A stretch of DNA of 64,000 bases from Hormiphora californensis (GCA_020137815.1 CM035350.1:8866001-8930000), one strand, 5' to 3'. Counted from the stretch's first letter, positions 47,305-59,755 are shown. Numbers and translations: made by a program. The notes: generated by a model from the letters alone, not told the origin.

Positions 47305-49828
47305 CACGTAGTACCATACTATATCAGCACTGGGCAGCAGGAAGTGGTTAGGGAAAGGCAATGGGCAGCAGGAAATGGTTAGGGAAAGGCAATGGGCAGC
47401 AGGAAATGGTTAAGGAAAGGCAATGAGGAGCAGGAAGTTGAGTGGTAAGTGGTTAGGGGCCTGGGCAGCATGGCTTAAGGTTGAAGGGTACTGGGTAGCA
47501 TGGGGAGTACTGAGTGATAGGGGAAGCAGGATGGCTAGAGCTGTTAAAATACAGGCTTTAGTGTGTCACTGGTGTAGTGGTCTTGTTTGGCAGCTAAATA
47601 GATGCAAACAGGCAGCCAAGAAGATAACACAATATAAAAGGGAAATGGGAGCGTTTAAGGGATCGATTACAGGATGAATACAGCTATAGCACAGAGAGTT
47701 AGACAGGTGCTCGACCTCTCTCTCTAATTTAACCGAGCTACGTCTCTCCCTCTCTCCCTCCCTACGTCTCTCTGTGTCTTTGCGGTATATCATTCGATTT
47801 GTTTATCACTCTTCTTCACTCATTATCTCTCCCACTGATTTCGACTTTTTCTCTCTTTGTCTCCCTCTCTCCATCTCTCTCTCTCTCTCTCTCTCCTGGC
47901 TACAAATAGCAAAATGCTTTCTGTGGCCTTCGGAGTAATTCGACCAATTCTTATCAAATTTCATAGGAGAGAGCAATTTAGACATTGCATCTTAACTACA
48001 GTTAAAATAGAACGTGCGCATCCAGACTAAGTGTAGCTATTTCATATTCATTATTAACTTCTAACTCTCTCATTTATTTGAAATTTAACCGTTGAGTAGC
48101 TAAACTAAAAAAGCAGAGGAGAACAGAGACAGTTCATTTCCATTTGTCAGTATTTCCAGGTAAAATTGAAGGAAAACCGCAAAACTGTTTCGCGTTAATT
48201 AAAGTTTTTGCCTTGCTGTCTAGTGTCTAATATAACACGTTGGCGACGATACGGTGGTAATGTTCGACGAACAAGTCACCATGGCAAGAAATGGGAGCTC
48301 GTTTTGTTAGAAAACGTCTACCGGATAGTTTTTAAAGACTAACGCAGTCGTATCGCGATCGGTATCTTGTCGAATCGAAAGTTTTGACATCAATGACAAT
48401 GAGAACTTGTGGATAAACGGCGACGCACAGTTCACATGTCAACGGGAATGAATGCCACGTTTTTACGCCTATCAGAACAGAGAGCGGCGAGTGCCATGTC
48501 AACGAACGGTGTGATATGAAATGCTGTTTGATAGTCCCAGGATGTGGTGTGTGGCATGGAAAGATGAAACAGGATCCGATCTTGGCCTTCGATGTTGGCA
48601 GTCCCCTGATCGTAAAAAACATGTGTGCAGTGCATACCAAGCCTTCGACAAGACACCTTGGCATACTCTGCAGGTCCCGGCCCCTCTAACTCGTTGTAGG
48701 GTACGGTGATGAGGTGACCGGAGTCTGCAACACATGTCTTAAAATGAGGGCGCCGTTACCATCTACCCCCGTTGAGGCCTGTTAACAGGTGCAAACTGCA
48801 AGCTGCCAAAAAGTACCATGCATTAAAATGGCTCTAGCCTCTAACCACCAAACCACTCAACCGTTTTGGATAAATCAAAGGTTATCTGATAGAAAATCCC
48901 GAGCGCCAACCCTAATTTAGCCCTAACCTTAAAAAACCGTGAGTGCCTGTCTGGCCGCTGGCGGCGCCAGTGCGCTCAGATGGGGTCTGCAGCGCCAGAC
49001 AGGTGAGCGCTGGCACTAAAGGAGGGTAGATTCTAACATTTACCTTAAAATGATGCCAAGGCCCTTGGCATATGCTACAGACCCTATTACAGCGCGGGCT
49101 ACCGGCGCTTTTTAAGTTTTAACCAAGATCCGACGAACTTTAAAAAAGGCTGACAAAATTTTATTTTCGATTTTCTATTTTTTTATTTTAACCAGACGCG
49201 CGGCGTTCAATTTGACGCCGCGCGCTCGTATAAATCAATTTGCGCGTACCAAATCAAACACCAAAATTTTCACACACTTTTTGAAATGTAATTGTAAACT
49301 AAACACACACTTCAGAATAATTCAATCATATCACAACATTTCATGTTCACACTCCCTGGGCTACACCTAAAATATTGTTTGGACAGCTCATGTCACTTGG
49401 TATTGGTAATTTCTAGGGCTCATTGGGAAGCTCTTAATGTCTTCTTTCCAATGAGCCCAATATTTTGCAAATTGGTCAAGAAATGGCTGAGTTATGGTCG
49501 AAAACGTCCAAAAAATGTGAAGAACCGAGTGAGTATTTACCGCTTACTCTTGCAGTTGCAGTGACAGTGTCACTGCAACTGAGCTGTGTCAGGCCACCGC
49601 CAAATCCAATGACCAATGCGCTGACAAATTCACTATCAGTATCAACTCCACTATCGATGCCACACTCACCCATTGGGTACGGTGACCCAATATAACATTA
49701 ACAGTTACATACAATTCTTATCATTGATATGAGACTCGTCTGATAGTGATTTACCGGGTACATTGTACAATAAGTATAACGAGTCTCTGACTCTCTCAGT
49801 ATCTCTCAGTTCTCTATATATATGAGGC

Positions 49829-50016
49829 ATAAACTCTGGCCACTGGCGCGTTATTTCAGATAACTTTCTCCCAGCGCGCCGCTGGGAGAAGTTAGCTGGA
49901 GTTTATCCGCCGCTGGCGGATAAACTGGTTTAAATCACGACGACGATCCCGAGGCTTAGCCGAGGGAGAGGCGGAGGGGTTTAAACCTATAACGTGCCAG
50001 TGGTCAGAGTTTATGG
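49829..50016. mobile_element. Small MITE-like element with internal hairpins
   Basis: CATAAACTCTGGCCACTGGCGCGTT ... AACGTGCCAGTGGTCAGAGTTTATG; related fragment at ~50400-50480. Confidence 0.65.
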
Positions 50017-50594
50017 GTTATATACCCTGCTTTAGTTGTTTATTTCAAGTATTACACACCAACAAGAGAGAGAACACTAATCAAAACACACAAAGAGAAC
50101 TGAGAAATAGTTAAAAACACGTCACAATTGAGTGTACACTGTTTGGTAACAGTTACTAAGCAGTTGCTAAGGAAAGAGAGTGAAAGAAATAGCCTGATAA
50201 GGGGCATGTCACAAATAACACAGAGAAAGAGATAGTGAGACAAAAGGGGAGATAAAGAGAGAGTAATTGACGGAATGTGTCCTTTCTTTCTCTCCAATGT
50301 AGTGTGTAAGTGTTGCACATAGTGTTCCCTCTGTATTTTAGTAAGAACTGATCATTTACACACACTTTGAATGTTACGTAGGAGTTAAAAATAAATAACC
50401 TGCCAGTGGGAAATAATCTGCCGCTGGACTGGCTGTTTACTGAGAGCGCGCTAGTGGGACTTCTCGCCACTGGCGCATTATTTAAGTTAGCAGGGTATAT
50501 ACTATGTTACTCCATTATTGTTGGAATCCTTGTGACCAGTCATCGTGACCCACTGACCCACCTGTTTCCTCACTGATTTGTTTGTAGAGAAAAC

Positions 50595-53500
50595 TTATAA
50601 CCTCAGTCTGCTGTTGAGGAATCGGAGAGAGTCATCTCGAGGGGTCGGCTCTAGATCTGCAGTACACGCTCGGGCTAGAAGTAGAGGAATTTATAGGTAC
50701 ACATGTCAACTAGTGTTATCACTGTGACAATAATAACGGGCTACAGGTCATATATCAGCAGAAGAAGAGGAAGAAAGTGAACAGGCCGGAACGGACAATG
50801 TTAACATTTAGAAACTTACGCCGTGATATCTCCACTGAGGTCAGAGATGCAACAGGTTTCCTGAGGTCGGGTAGATCGACACCGCTATCACACTCTATAA
50901 TAACACTGTCATCTTGATCATATGAACACAGGTGGAAGGAGTGGAATAACTCATCTGGTATTTCAAACAGGGAATTCTCCTCTTCCTCTGGGTGGTCAGG
51001 GTCAACCTGGGTGAGGGGTCAGTAGATCAAGAGGGGTGATATTGTTTGTGAGATGGTTAGATGTGTTAGGGAGGGGGGCTAGCATTTGATATTATCGGTC
51101 CTTGTGTTGTTATCCCCTAATTTCTTAGTAGCTATTTCCCCCTGACACTCCCCTAGTACTGACCGGATAGCTAAAGTACGTCTCCTGTGTAGAGCTGGTG
51201 AATGATGGGTAGTACGCCTGACAGATGGACTTTAGGAATCTCTTGGTCGGGGTACCGGCTCCCCCGTTACTATAGAAACTGTTGTAGTTATCCGACTCTT
51301 CGGATGAGATGGACTCCAGGGTGGTTAGGGTGGGAAGGTTGGTAGGTGGTCCCTGACTACTATCCTCAAGCTGAAAGAGAGGTAAGTAATGCACACACAC
51401 ATTTAGACTAAAATTTAAAAACACAGGGAAATGACAATTTGATTGTGTGATATAAAGAAATCAAGCATTGTAATGTGGTGGTGGTATATCTTGGTACTCT
51501 GGTAGGTCTCCTCCCCTAGGTGAGGATGGAGATGTGACGGGAAGGTCGGAGAGAACGATATGCGATGTAACCGTGGGGACTATAGTGGCCGGTATCTTCT
51601 TATTCGCCCTGACACAGGCCACAATAGCCGCTGCGATAAAGATAAGGGGTAGTGTTGTAAAGGTAAACGCTATCCCAGTCGCTATGTACCCCATCCTCTT
51701 CCATTGATCCATATAGATAGGCAGGTAGGCTAATAGTATGCCCCGGACACCCCAGCCCGTCTCGTAGTGTGTCGTATTCTCCAAGCAGTAAACCGCAATA
51801 TCAGCCCTATAAGTGCACGTTATCTGGTCGACCCTCAACAGAGACATACTACCACTAACAGTACTTGCCCTTTTCTCCTCCGCGTGAAAACACTGGTACT
51901 GATCCAGGTCTTGTAACTCCTGGAGACTCATCCACCCTTCACTCTCACAGGAATCATATTTCTCCGTGTTCCAACACGACCCATGATAGCCATCCTGGGC
52001 TCGGAACCTCCACACTGCCTCACCTCTACCAACCACACACTGAAACAGGGTGTTCCGACCATAGGTCCACTCTTGGGTCATGCTTTGGAACATTAGCTGA
52101 GCTGGGGAGTATACCATAGTGCCACTGTCCTTCAGATAAATCTTCTTTTCAAATGGAGTACCTTCGTCACTGTATATCCTCTCTTCTCTATCTGTTCTTT
52201 CTAATGAAGCACCTTTGTCAGTATTTTGAGAATTTATAATACCACTGCTCCGCTCTTGTCTCCCACCACTATCCCGATCCGCTCCACTACTTCGCTTCCA
52301 CCAGGTCGTGTAACTCCCTACAGTACACTTGTATCCGATCAAGTCACTGTACGTAACGTTGGTTATCAACAACACGGAATTCAGGCATCTCATCCTACCA
52401 AAATCCGCCCAATTGCGATCATTCATATTATCTGAATTTGGTAGTAACGCACAGTACTCGTTTGTAACAAATTCCCTAACTGAAATTCTGGAATTCGTGT
52501 ACTGCAACTGGTTAAGATCATTTCCCGAGCTGTCACGCCACTTGAAGTAACAATCATCAACTTGTGGATCACAGTATATCATCCTGTCGCCGTACCGTGT
52601 GGAGTACTCGATCACCTTTGAGCACCTCAGCTCGGCAGTTTCCCCAAGGGCAACAAATACCTCAGGCAGGGCAATAACGGGGAAGCTGTTGTAATCATAG
52701 GAGTAGCTCCGACAAGATAGAAGGAGGAGAGATGATAATAGCGCAGCAGGTAACATCTTGTTTGTGTGTGGGGTGGATGGGATAAAATGTGAACTACATT
52801 GCTCCTTCATAAACACATTCCTACCTCAAAGTTTTCTAGCTGAATGTTCTCCGGGAGCTCTGTTTTCCCATAAAACATGCACCCCTCCGTCTCCGTTGAG
52901 CACAGTCTGACAGCGTGGGCGAGAGAGTGCATCACTTTAGTTGTTGTATCAACCTGTGTATATGGAAATAGTATTATTGGCCATGGCGGCAAATTGGCAA
53001 TTTAAATTGCAAGATGCTGAATAACCCAGCGGAGATGCCTAGTTGTTTCCACTTCTTACAGTTTGGTTGTAGCACACGTTGACTTGGTAAATAGTATCAT
53101 CATCAGTAAACTCACACATTGAACTCCCTTCCTCCGAACGGGCCGGGTAAACTGGGTGAAATGGGGATGAAACGTGGGTGAAATAGAGGTGAAATGGGGG
53201 TGAAACGTGGGTGGAATGGGGGTAAAATGGGGGTGAAATGGAAGGGAAATAGGGGTGAAATAGGGGTGAAATTGGGCTGAAATAGGGCTAAACTAGGAGA
53301 GTGGAGATGTAAAATACGGATTTAAAAGAGTGAAATGGGGAGAAAAAGAAATTAACACAGCGACTTACTCCTGATAAAAAAGTTGACCAAGAGAAGTTGG
53401 CTAGCAAAGTGTATTGCCTGGTCACGTGACTCTGTGACGTCATTATCTGTCAGCCAGGTGATGAACTCCTGGCCCGTGACTGTGTTAGTATAAACCCACC

Positions 53501-55428
53501 ACCCTACCATCCTAGATCTGATGACCCAATCAGTCCATAGCCTGAAAAACACGGAGAATAAAAACTGGAATATAGGGACCTGAACTGGTGACATATTGAT
53601 GGGAGGATCAAATTAATACATACTTCCGGTAAACGTTATCGAAGGTGGCCTCCAGATCATGGGCTTGTTGGTCCGATACCTCTGTTTGATCCTCACGGAA
53701 GCGGTATATGGCACACTGCCTAAATACCATCAGACACCTCGTATCAGAAACTATAGGGGGGTCAAACCTGGTTAAAACTTTCAATCTATTTATCCCTTTT
53801 TAGAATACCATTCTGGTAGACAGAGAGGGCATAACTTCCTTTATTGGGCACACATCTTGGCTAGACTATCCCCCATGATCTAACTAACTGGACCTATCCC
53901 CCATGTCCTAACTAACTGGACCTATCCCCCATGATCTAACTAACTGGACCTATCCCCCATGATCTAACTAACTGGACCTATCCCCCATGCCCTAACTAAC
54001 CTGCAGACATATCCCCCATGTCACAACTAACCGTTGAGAATGACATTGTGAGTCAGTAACAGCTGAGCGATGGCTGCCGCTTCCTTCCTATCCTCTGCCC
54101 AACTATGAGATATCATCCAGTGCAGAAGGTCTTCACCCCTAAAGGATAGATTGTACTCCCGTTCTAGGTAGATGGTCGTCCGGATCAGATCACCGTCTCG
54201 TGTTACACGGCTTCTCAAGTCACGTCCTGCCATCTGGGGATTAGTACCGATTAGCGGAGCTAGGGCATGTGACCGGCCGATTAGCGGGACACGTGACCTG
54301 ACAGTGTTAATGGACGGCCGATTAGAGGGATATGTGACCTGACGAGCTGTAACCGATTATCTATTATACGTGACACGTTTAGCACCGATTATCGTGAGAC
54401 ATGTGATCTGGTGGGATAGTTGAGAATAGGGACAGGGTCTCAACTTCCCCTTGGTAGGGGAGTACAAATAGGGGTTAGATTTAGGAAACAAATATCCCCA
54501 ACTTTCCTCCTCTATTTACAATCTACACCATCTTCCTTCAACAATGAACCCTTCAGCTGCTACCTTTATCCCTAATCGACCTTCTCACCAGTCCTCTTCT
54601 GGGACCCTTCCCTCTGGATCACCACCTACTTCTGAAACAGGATGCCTGCCACTTCCCCCAGCCCTACAGATCCTGTTGACCCCTACCTCGGACCCCACAA
54701 TCCTTCCTGAGGAGCACGGAGACTTCATCACCTACGCCTCCAAGCTAGGATACCCCGAGAATCTGTCTACACGAGTCCTGTCTGACCTCCCCAACTCCTC
54801 CATCTCTGAGCGGCTGGAACACCTCATCTCCCTGTACTCCCTTCTCTATCCTGGGGAGCAGCACGGCCGGAGGAGGAAGGATGCCCGGAACCTGCCTGGA
54901 TACATGATCTCCCAGGACTGCCACTACTACGGAAAGGAGAAGATGCCCTTCTGGGTATGGGTCAAGAGAGAGACCATCGCAGTTTCTGTCACTGAGAACC
55001 CTCCCCACCGCCGAGCCAGGACCACCAGCCAACCCAGGAGCCGACTGCCATCATCCTCCTCCTCTTGTGTAATGGATTCTAACAGGGCCCGCCATCCAAC
55101 CACTCCCTTCTGAGGAGACCTGTATCCTACAGCCTGACCGTTTAATACTCCATTCTGAGGAGACCTGTTCTATACTCCATTCTGAGGAGTTCTGTATTCT
55201 GATTCTGTGTGATTTTTGAAAAACCGTTAAATCCGTGTCTAGTTTATTCTAATCCTAAATCAGTACCCACAGTACTACTATCGGTATCCTAGCTTGTTAG
55301 GGGTCAATACTAATACTACCCACCACAATATCGTTGTCGACAGTGCTGGTTCGGTGGGAGGGTTTCCTTCTTGGGGTAGTCCTGCCACTGGGTCTGGCTC
55401 TTCTCCTGTTGGTGGCTGGTACCATCAT
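50595..55428 (-). CDS. Tandem-DEP-domain protein (DEPTOR/PREX-type DEP pair), no PDZ seen
   Basis: Approximate exons 55428-55324, 54233-54032, 53750-53624, 53541-53369, 53151-53060, 52953-52824, 51370-51164, 51006-50820, 50674-50595; DEP1 SFRGEDLLHWMI..DRKEAAAIAQLLL..YRFRED; DEP2 VTGQEFITWL..SRDQAIHFASQLL..EFTDDDTIYQ. Confidence 0.8.
51461..52756 (-). CDS. Intronless type I membrane protein with two Ig-like domains and PY-motif tail, nested in a DEP-gene intron
   Basis: Signal peptide MLPAALLSSLLLLSC; GETAELRC..W..SVLLITNVTYSDLIGYKC; TLFQC..W..DIAVYC; TM ..LPLIFIAAAIVACV; tail LPEY and PPHY. Confidence 0.82.
   Translation of the reverse strand: MLPAALLSSLLLLSCRSYSYDYNSFPVIALPEVFVALGETAELRCSKVIEYSTRYGDRMIYCDPQVDDCYFKWRDSSGNDLNQLQYTNSRISVREFVTNEYCALLPNSDNMNDRNWADFGRMRCLNSVLLITNVTYSDLIGYKCTVGSYTTWWKRSSGADRDSGGRQERSSGIINSQNTDKGASLERTDREERIYSDEGTPFEKKIYLKDSGTMVYSPAQLMFQSMTQEWTYGRNTLFQCVVGRGEAVWRFRAQDGYHGSCWNTEKYDSCESEGWMSLQELQDLDQYQCFHAEEKRASTVSGSMSLLRVDQITCTYRADIAVYCLENTTHYETGWGVRGILLAYLPIYMDQWKRMGYIATGIAFTFTTLPLIFIAAAIVACVRANKKIPATIVPTVTSHIVLSDLPVTSPSSPRGGDLPEYQDIPPPHYNA
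53860..54031 (-). repeat. 28-bp tandem repeat starting at a 5' splice site of the DEP gene
   Basis: Minus strand: AACG|GTTAGTT..., then repeated CAGTTAGTTAGATCATGGGGGATAGGTC. Confidence 0.85.
54544..55113 (+). CDS. Intronless 189-aa ORF, antisense in DEP-gene intron 1; PAM2-like N-terminus and Regnase-type UBA-like segment
   Basis: CAACAATG start; MNPSAATFIP resembles PAM2; YASKLGYPENLSTRVLSDL..ISERLEHLISL resembles recalled ZC3H12 UBA-like consensus (F.LKLGY...V..VL..L....NDIL.EL). Confidence 0.55.
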   Translation: MNPSAATFIPNRPSHQSSSGTLPSGSPPTSETGCLPLPPALQILLTPTSDPTILPEEHGDFITYASKLGYPENLSTRVLSDLPNSSISERLEHLISLYSLLYPGEQHGRRRKDARNLPGYMISQDCHYYGKEKMPFWVWVKRETIAVSVTENPPHRRARTTSQPRSRLPSSSSSCVMDSNRARHPTTPF

Positions 55429-56446
55429 TATAGACGTCAAACTGTCACCTGGTGTGGAATAGATGGATAGTGATGGTAGAACGGGGTAACAAATGTTGTC
55501 ATAGAATTTAGGGGGAATTTAGCGGTTAATCATGTCTACTACCATGTGTAGAAGTGAGACTGTCGAGTGAGTGACACTGTTGCATACTGCTTGTTATTTG
55601 AGATAGAACAAAACACACAAAACTGTAGTATATCGAATGAAATATATTGATAAGCCTTGGTGCGTGTGACCCTGAATGGGAGAGAGAGAGATGGGAGAGA
55701 GATGGGAGAGAGAAAGAGAGGGGAGAGAGAGATAGGAAGGTCCGAGGGAGTTGAATGGTTGTTATGAACTGGCACGATTCCAACCAGTCCTGAGAGAGGG
55801 GGTGCAAATATGCAGTACTGGATCGGCAGGATGTGGGTAACAATAGGGTCGAGTTACCCGCATTGGGGGGACATGGGAACTTAAAATCAGAAAAGTTCGG
55901 TGGTTCGATTTGGGGAGTAGGAATCATGTAGAAGGCGCCCAGAATAGAGCCCGGAATCTTCCAATGGGAGGGTGGCGCCCAGAATCTTCCAAGGGGGAGG
56001 GAGGGAATGGGACAGGGAGGTGGGACAGGTTTTAGAAAGAACGATTGTCTCGAGTATGTGCAAAGCACGATCATAGTCGGCTTGAAAAATCAATTAAGAA
56101 ATCTGTACATTTAATATTGTCGTAATATATTGTAATTATCGCTCTCTAGTAACAAGAGTCTTCTTTCCAACTCAACTTCTTAGCATCTCTTCGGTCTTCC
56201 TCTCTCAATCTCATAACTCGTTAGGTCTCTACTGCTCTTGGTTGAGACCATCGCTTACTTTCTTTAACTCATCCCACTGATTATTAACTTGTATTTTCTC
56301 ACAATTTCATCCTTCTAAAACACACGAACAATGTCTGAACTCTGAGTCAACGTCAAGATCATAGACTCTAAAACTCACTCGCACACAACACACATGAGGC
56401 GTAAAAGAACCAAAAACAAGTCTCCACAATAACACATCTTCTCATG

Positions 56447-59338
56447 TCATAGCATCTTGAGGTTCGGGAGTGTCTCTGGCTCTTTAATTGGTTCTGGAAC
56501 GGTCGGTTGAAGGTGCACAGAACTCCTCCTCTCCTCTCTCTCCTCCCAGTGCGAGTTGTTATTGAACGATCCTCCCCTATTGTCATCACCCCGCACCTCG
56601 TGTATAAACTTGCAGTTGGCCCCTGATCTACAGCCCTGGGGCGTGTTAAAATAGGCACATGGCCGTCTGTTACGGGGTCTGTGGTCCCAGTTGTCCTGGT
56701 CTTGGTCACCACGGTAACCACGATTCCTGTTCCTGTTGCCATGCCAACCTCCATTCCTATCATTCCTGTCATTCCGATCATTCCTGTCATTATATCGGTC
56801 GTTGTAACCGGAGTTGTACCCGCCACCCCGACCACCGTTATAGTGGCCCCCTCCTCCTCCTCCATACCGTTGGATGGGGTATGGTTCCGGGGGTACTGGG
56901 TAGTCCCCCTCCCACCATGGGCGGTGGTTCCATACCCGGGAGAGGGGGTAGAATGGGTGGCTGGTCCATAATGGGTTCAGGAGGCAGCAGAGATGCAGCC
57001 GTGTTGGAGGATTTCTCTTCCAGAGGAATGTCTTTGGGCGCCTCGTACGGGTATATCAGTTCCTGGAGAAAGAGGGAGGGATTAGAACGGCGGATTATAT
57101 TGTTATCTGCCGGTAAATATGGGACACCGGCAGATAAAAGTTCGCTAAAAGAAGCCAAAAACACATATTTGGAGATGGTTGTATACCTGTGGTTCGGGTT
57201 CTTTTGGTGATTCATCAGGTTTGCCCTGATCAAAAACAAGGACAGCCAGCACATTCTTCTCTCTGTTTCTCTGTATCTCCCTCTCGGTACTACCGGATCC
57301 ACTCTCAACCCCCGGTTCAACACCCTGTATCCGCAGTGGGTGTTTCCATGACAACTGGGGGGAATCGGAATATAGAATCACGTTGTTATGGAAACATCGG
57401 GAAAGGGTTGTTATAGCAACGGGGAGTTATATAAAGTTGCGCGATGTACAGTCAGTGTCTGACAAAGCGAGGTATGCTGGTGCTTCCAGGAGAACTGAGG
57501 AAAAAGGGGGAGGGGTTCTAGAACATCAACTCAAATTTCCCTTAACGAAGGGTGGGAAAGAGGGTTGGGCAAAACAACTCACCATTTCCACCATCATGTC
57601 CTCTCCCAGTTTACACCTCATAACATTCATCCTCTCCTTCTCATGTTCTCTCAAAATACTATCGGCAAAGTTTTTGTTGCCACCCCGTTCCTCACATTCA
57701 AAGAATTGGACATCTTCCAGTTCCTCCCTCCATCGGATCCTGGGGAAGGGATGGTTGTTATTTTTATTGGGTTGAACTATAGCAATGGTGATACTAGCTG
57801 AGTATGAGCTGGGGAGAGCTGTAGTGGGGATCTGAGTTGTGATGATAACGGGTGAGAGTCTTGCAAGGTGAGATCATCACGAACCTGCGGCGCTTTTTGG
57901 CCCGTCTAAAGCAGAACATGTTATCATTTCCATGACTCTTCTCGGGGAGAGGAGGCGGAGAGTTGGTCAGGAGGAGCTCTGGTTTTATCACTGCCCGGGG
58001 TGGAGAGGCTGGTGGTGCAACTACCTTCTTAGGCTGTTCCAACTTGTCAGTCTAGGGGAGGGGAGGGTGAGTTTCAAGGATAACACAGGGAAGTGTTAAC
58101 ACTTAGAGAACTGTTAACACAAGTCACAAGGAAGTATTATCAACAGGATGTTGCTAACACAACATAGTTTCTCTCACACTACATACCTTGTGGGGTTTAG
58201 GAGAGGGTTCCGGTGTGGGAAGGTCAGACTGGCTGTTTGTTCTCCTGTAGTCCGCATCAGTGGAACTTCTCTTTCGGACCTTCTTGGGTAACACCGGTTT
58301 ACTGGTACTGCTTATCGCGTCCAAGAACCCTGCACTCTCAGCTGTAAATGTTAAATGAGTAGTTTAGTGGGTTTATTTAGTAGGGACAGGGGTATGGCAC
58401 ATGTGCGGAAACAAGGGCAGCAAACTGAAAAATGTCACAAATGAAACAAAAACTCACCAAGATGGGCCTTTGATTTCTTATCCCCCTTCCCATCCTTCTT
58501 CCCATCTTTCTTCTTTTTAGCATTGGGAGTATCTTTAACAAGCTTCATCCACTTCTCCACCAGCTTCTCAGCGAGACCCCGGACTTTGCCCTCAGCACCA
58601 GACCCCTCCTTGTTAAAACTCTTAACCACTTTGCCCATTGTACCCTGTTTTAACAGGACTAGGGTGACGGGTAGTTGTTCCAGAAGTAGCAGGACCTCGA
58701 AGGAGAGTGCGACACGGCCCGTCTTTTTCGAGTCTGAGGGGGTGGGGTGGTGTTAGGAATTGTGTGTGAAAGAACAATGTGTGAACAAATGAACAAACAA
58801 AGAAACAATGAAAGGAACCAACCTGTCAGCCAATTATTGAGAAGATCCCAACCTCCCTTGGTCAGGAAGAGATTTAGTATTTTCTCATTTGCTGTATTTT
58901 TCAAAACTTCCAGATAGATTGTTTTCTGGAATAGGATAGTGGCATCTTTCATCAGTGCCAGCAGGGACTCACACTCACTCTCTCCCTGGAAGGAAGGGGG
59001 TTAGGAGACATATCTAGATATGGGGTGGGCCGTGGGGGATACAGAAAAGCAGACGGGAAGGGGGTTAGGAGACAGGAAACAGGAGACGAAATAGCAGCTT
59101 ATGTGACACTGCTGGAGTATGGCGCACAGATAAAATGACCACAACGTCAACAAGGGACGACAAACAAACAAACAAGCAGGGTGAGACAAACAGAGTGACA
59201 AACAAACAAGGAGAGAAACAAACAAGGAGAGAAACAAACAAACAAACAAGCCACCTTTAGTTCGCCAGATTTAGTCAGGAGGTGAGATATTGAGTCTATC
59301 ACAGATCGTGGAGTAACTGCAGTCATGTTGTAGATCAT
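56447..59338 (-). CDS. PPP1R10: PNUTS / protein phosphatase 1 regulatory subunit 10
   Basis: TFIIS-N domain (LLNNWL..LEQLPVTLVLLKQGTMGKVVK..LVEKWM), PP1-binding RIRW followed by LEDVQFFE, STEREIQRNREKNVL..PDESPKEPEP, RGG-rich region and CCCH finger RPCAYFNTPQGCRSGANCKFIH; 1-nt frameshift near 56905. Confidence 0.9.
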
Positions 59339-59403
59339 TCTTAAACCATAGCTAAAGACAGGAAGGAAGGGTTAGCGCCATTCCCAATATTTTATCCACA
59401 CCC

Positions 59404-59755
59404 CGTGTCACGCGTGATTATGACGTCATATTCAGTGTCACGCGTGATTATGACGTCACATTCAGTGTCACGCGTGATTATGACGTCATATTCAGTGTCA
59501 CGCGTGATTATGACGTCATATTCAGTGTCACGTGTGATTATGACGTCATATTCAGTGTCACGCGTGATTATGACGTCATATTCAGTGTCACGCGTGATTA
59601 TGACGTCATATTCAGTGTCACGCGTGATTATGACGTCATATTCAAAGTCACGCGTGATTATGACGTCATATTCAGTGTCACGCGTGACTGTGACGTCATA
59701 TTCAGTGTCACGCGTGACTGTGACGTCATGGAAAGTGTCACGTATGACGTCATTT
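59404..59755. repeat. 30-bp tandem repeat (~11-12 units), each with TGACGTCA (CRE) and TCACGCGTGA palindromes, upstream of PPP1R10
   Basis: Unit GTGTCACGCGTGATTATGACGTCATATTCA. Confidence 0.93.

Noticed and set aside
48332-48735. Cys/His-rich short ORFs
   Set aside because: No recognisable motif or consistent splice structure.
56368-56971. 165-aa (-) and 96/183-aa (+) ORFs
   Set aside because: Alternative frames of the PPP1R10 RGG/CCCH exon.
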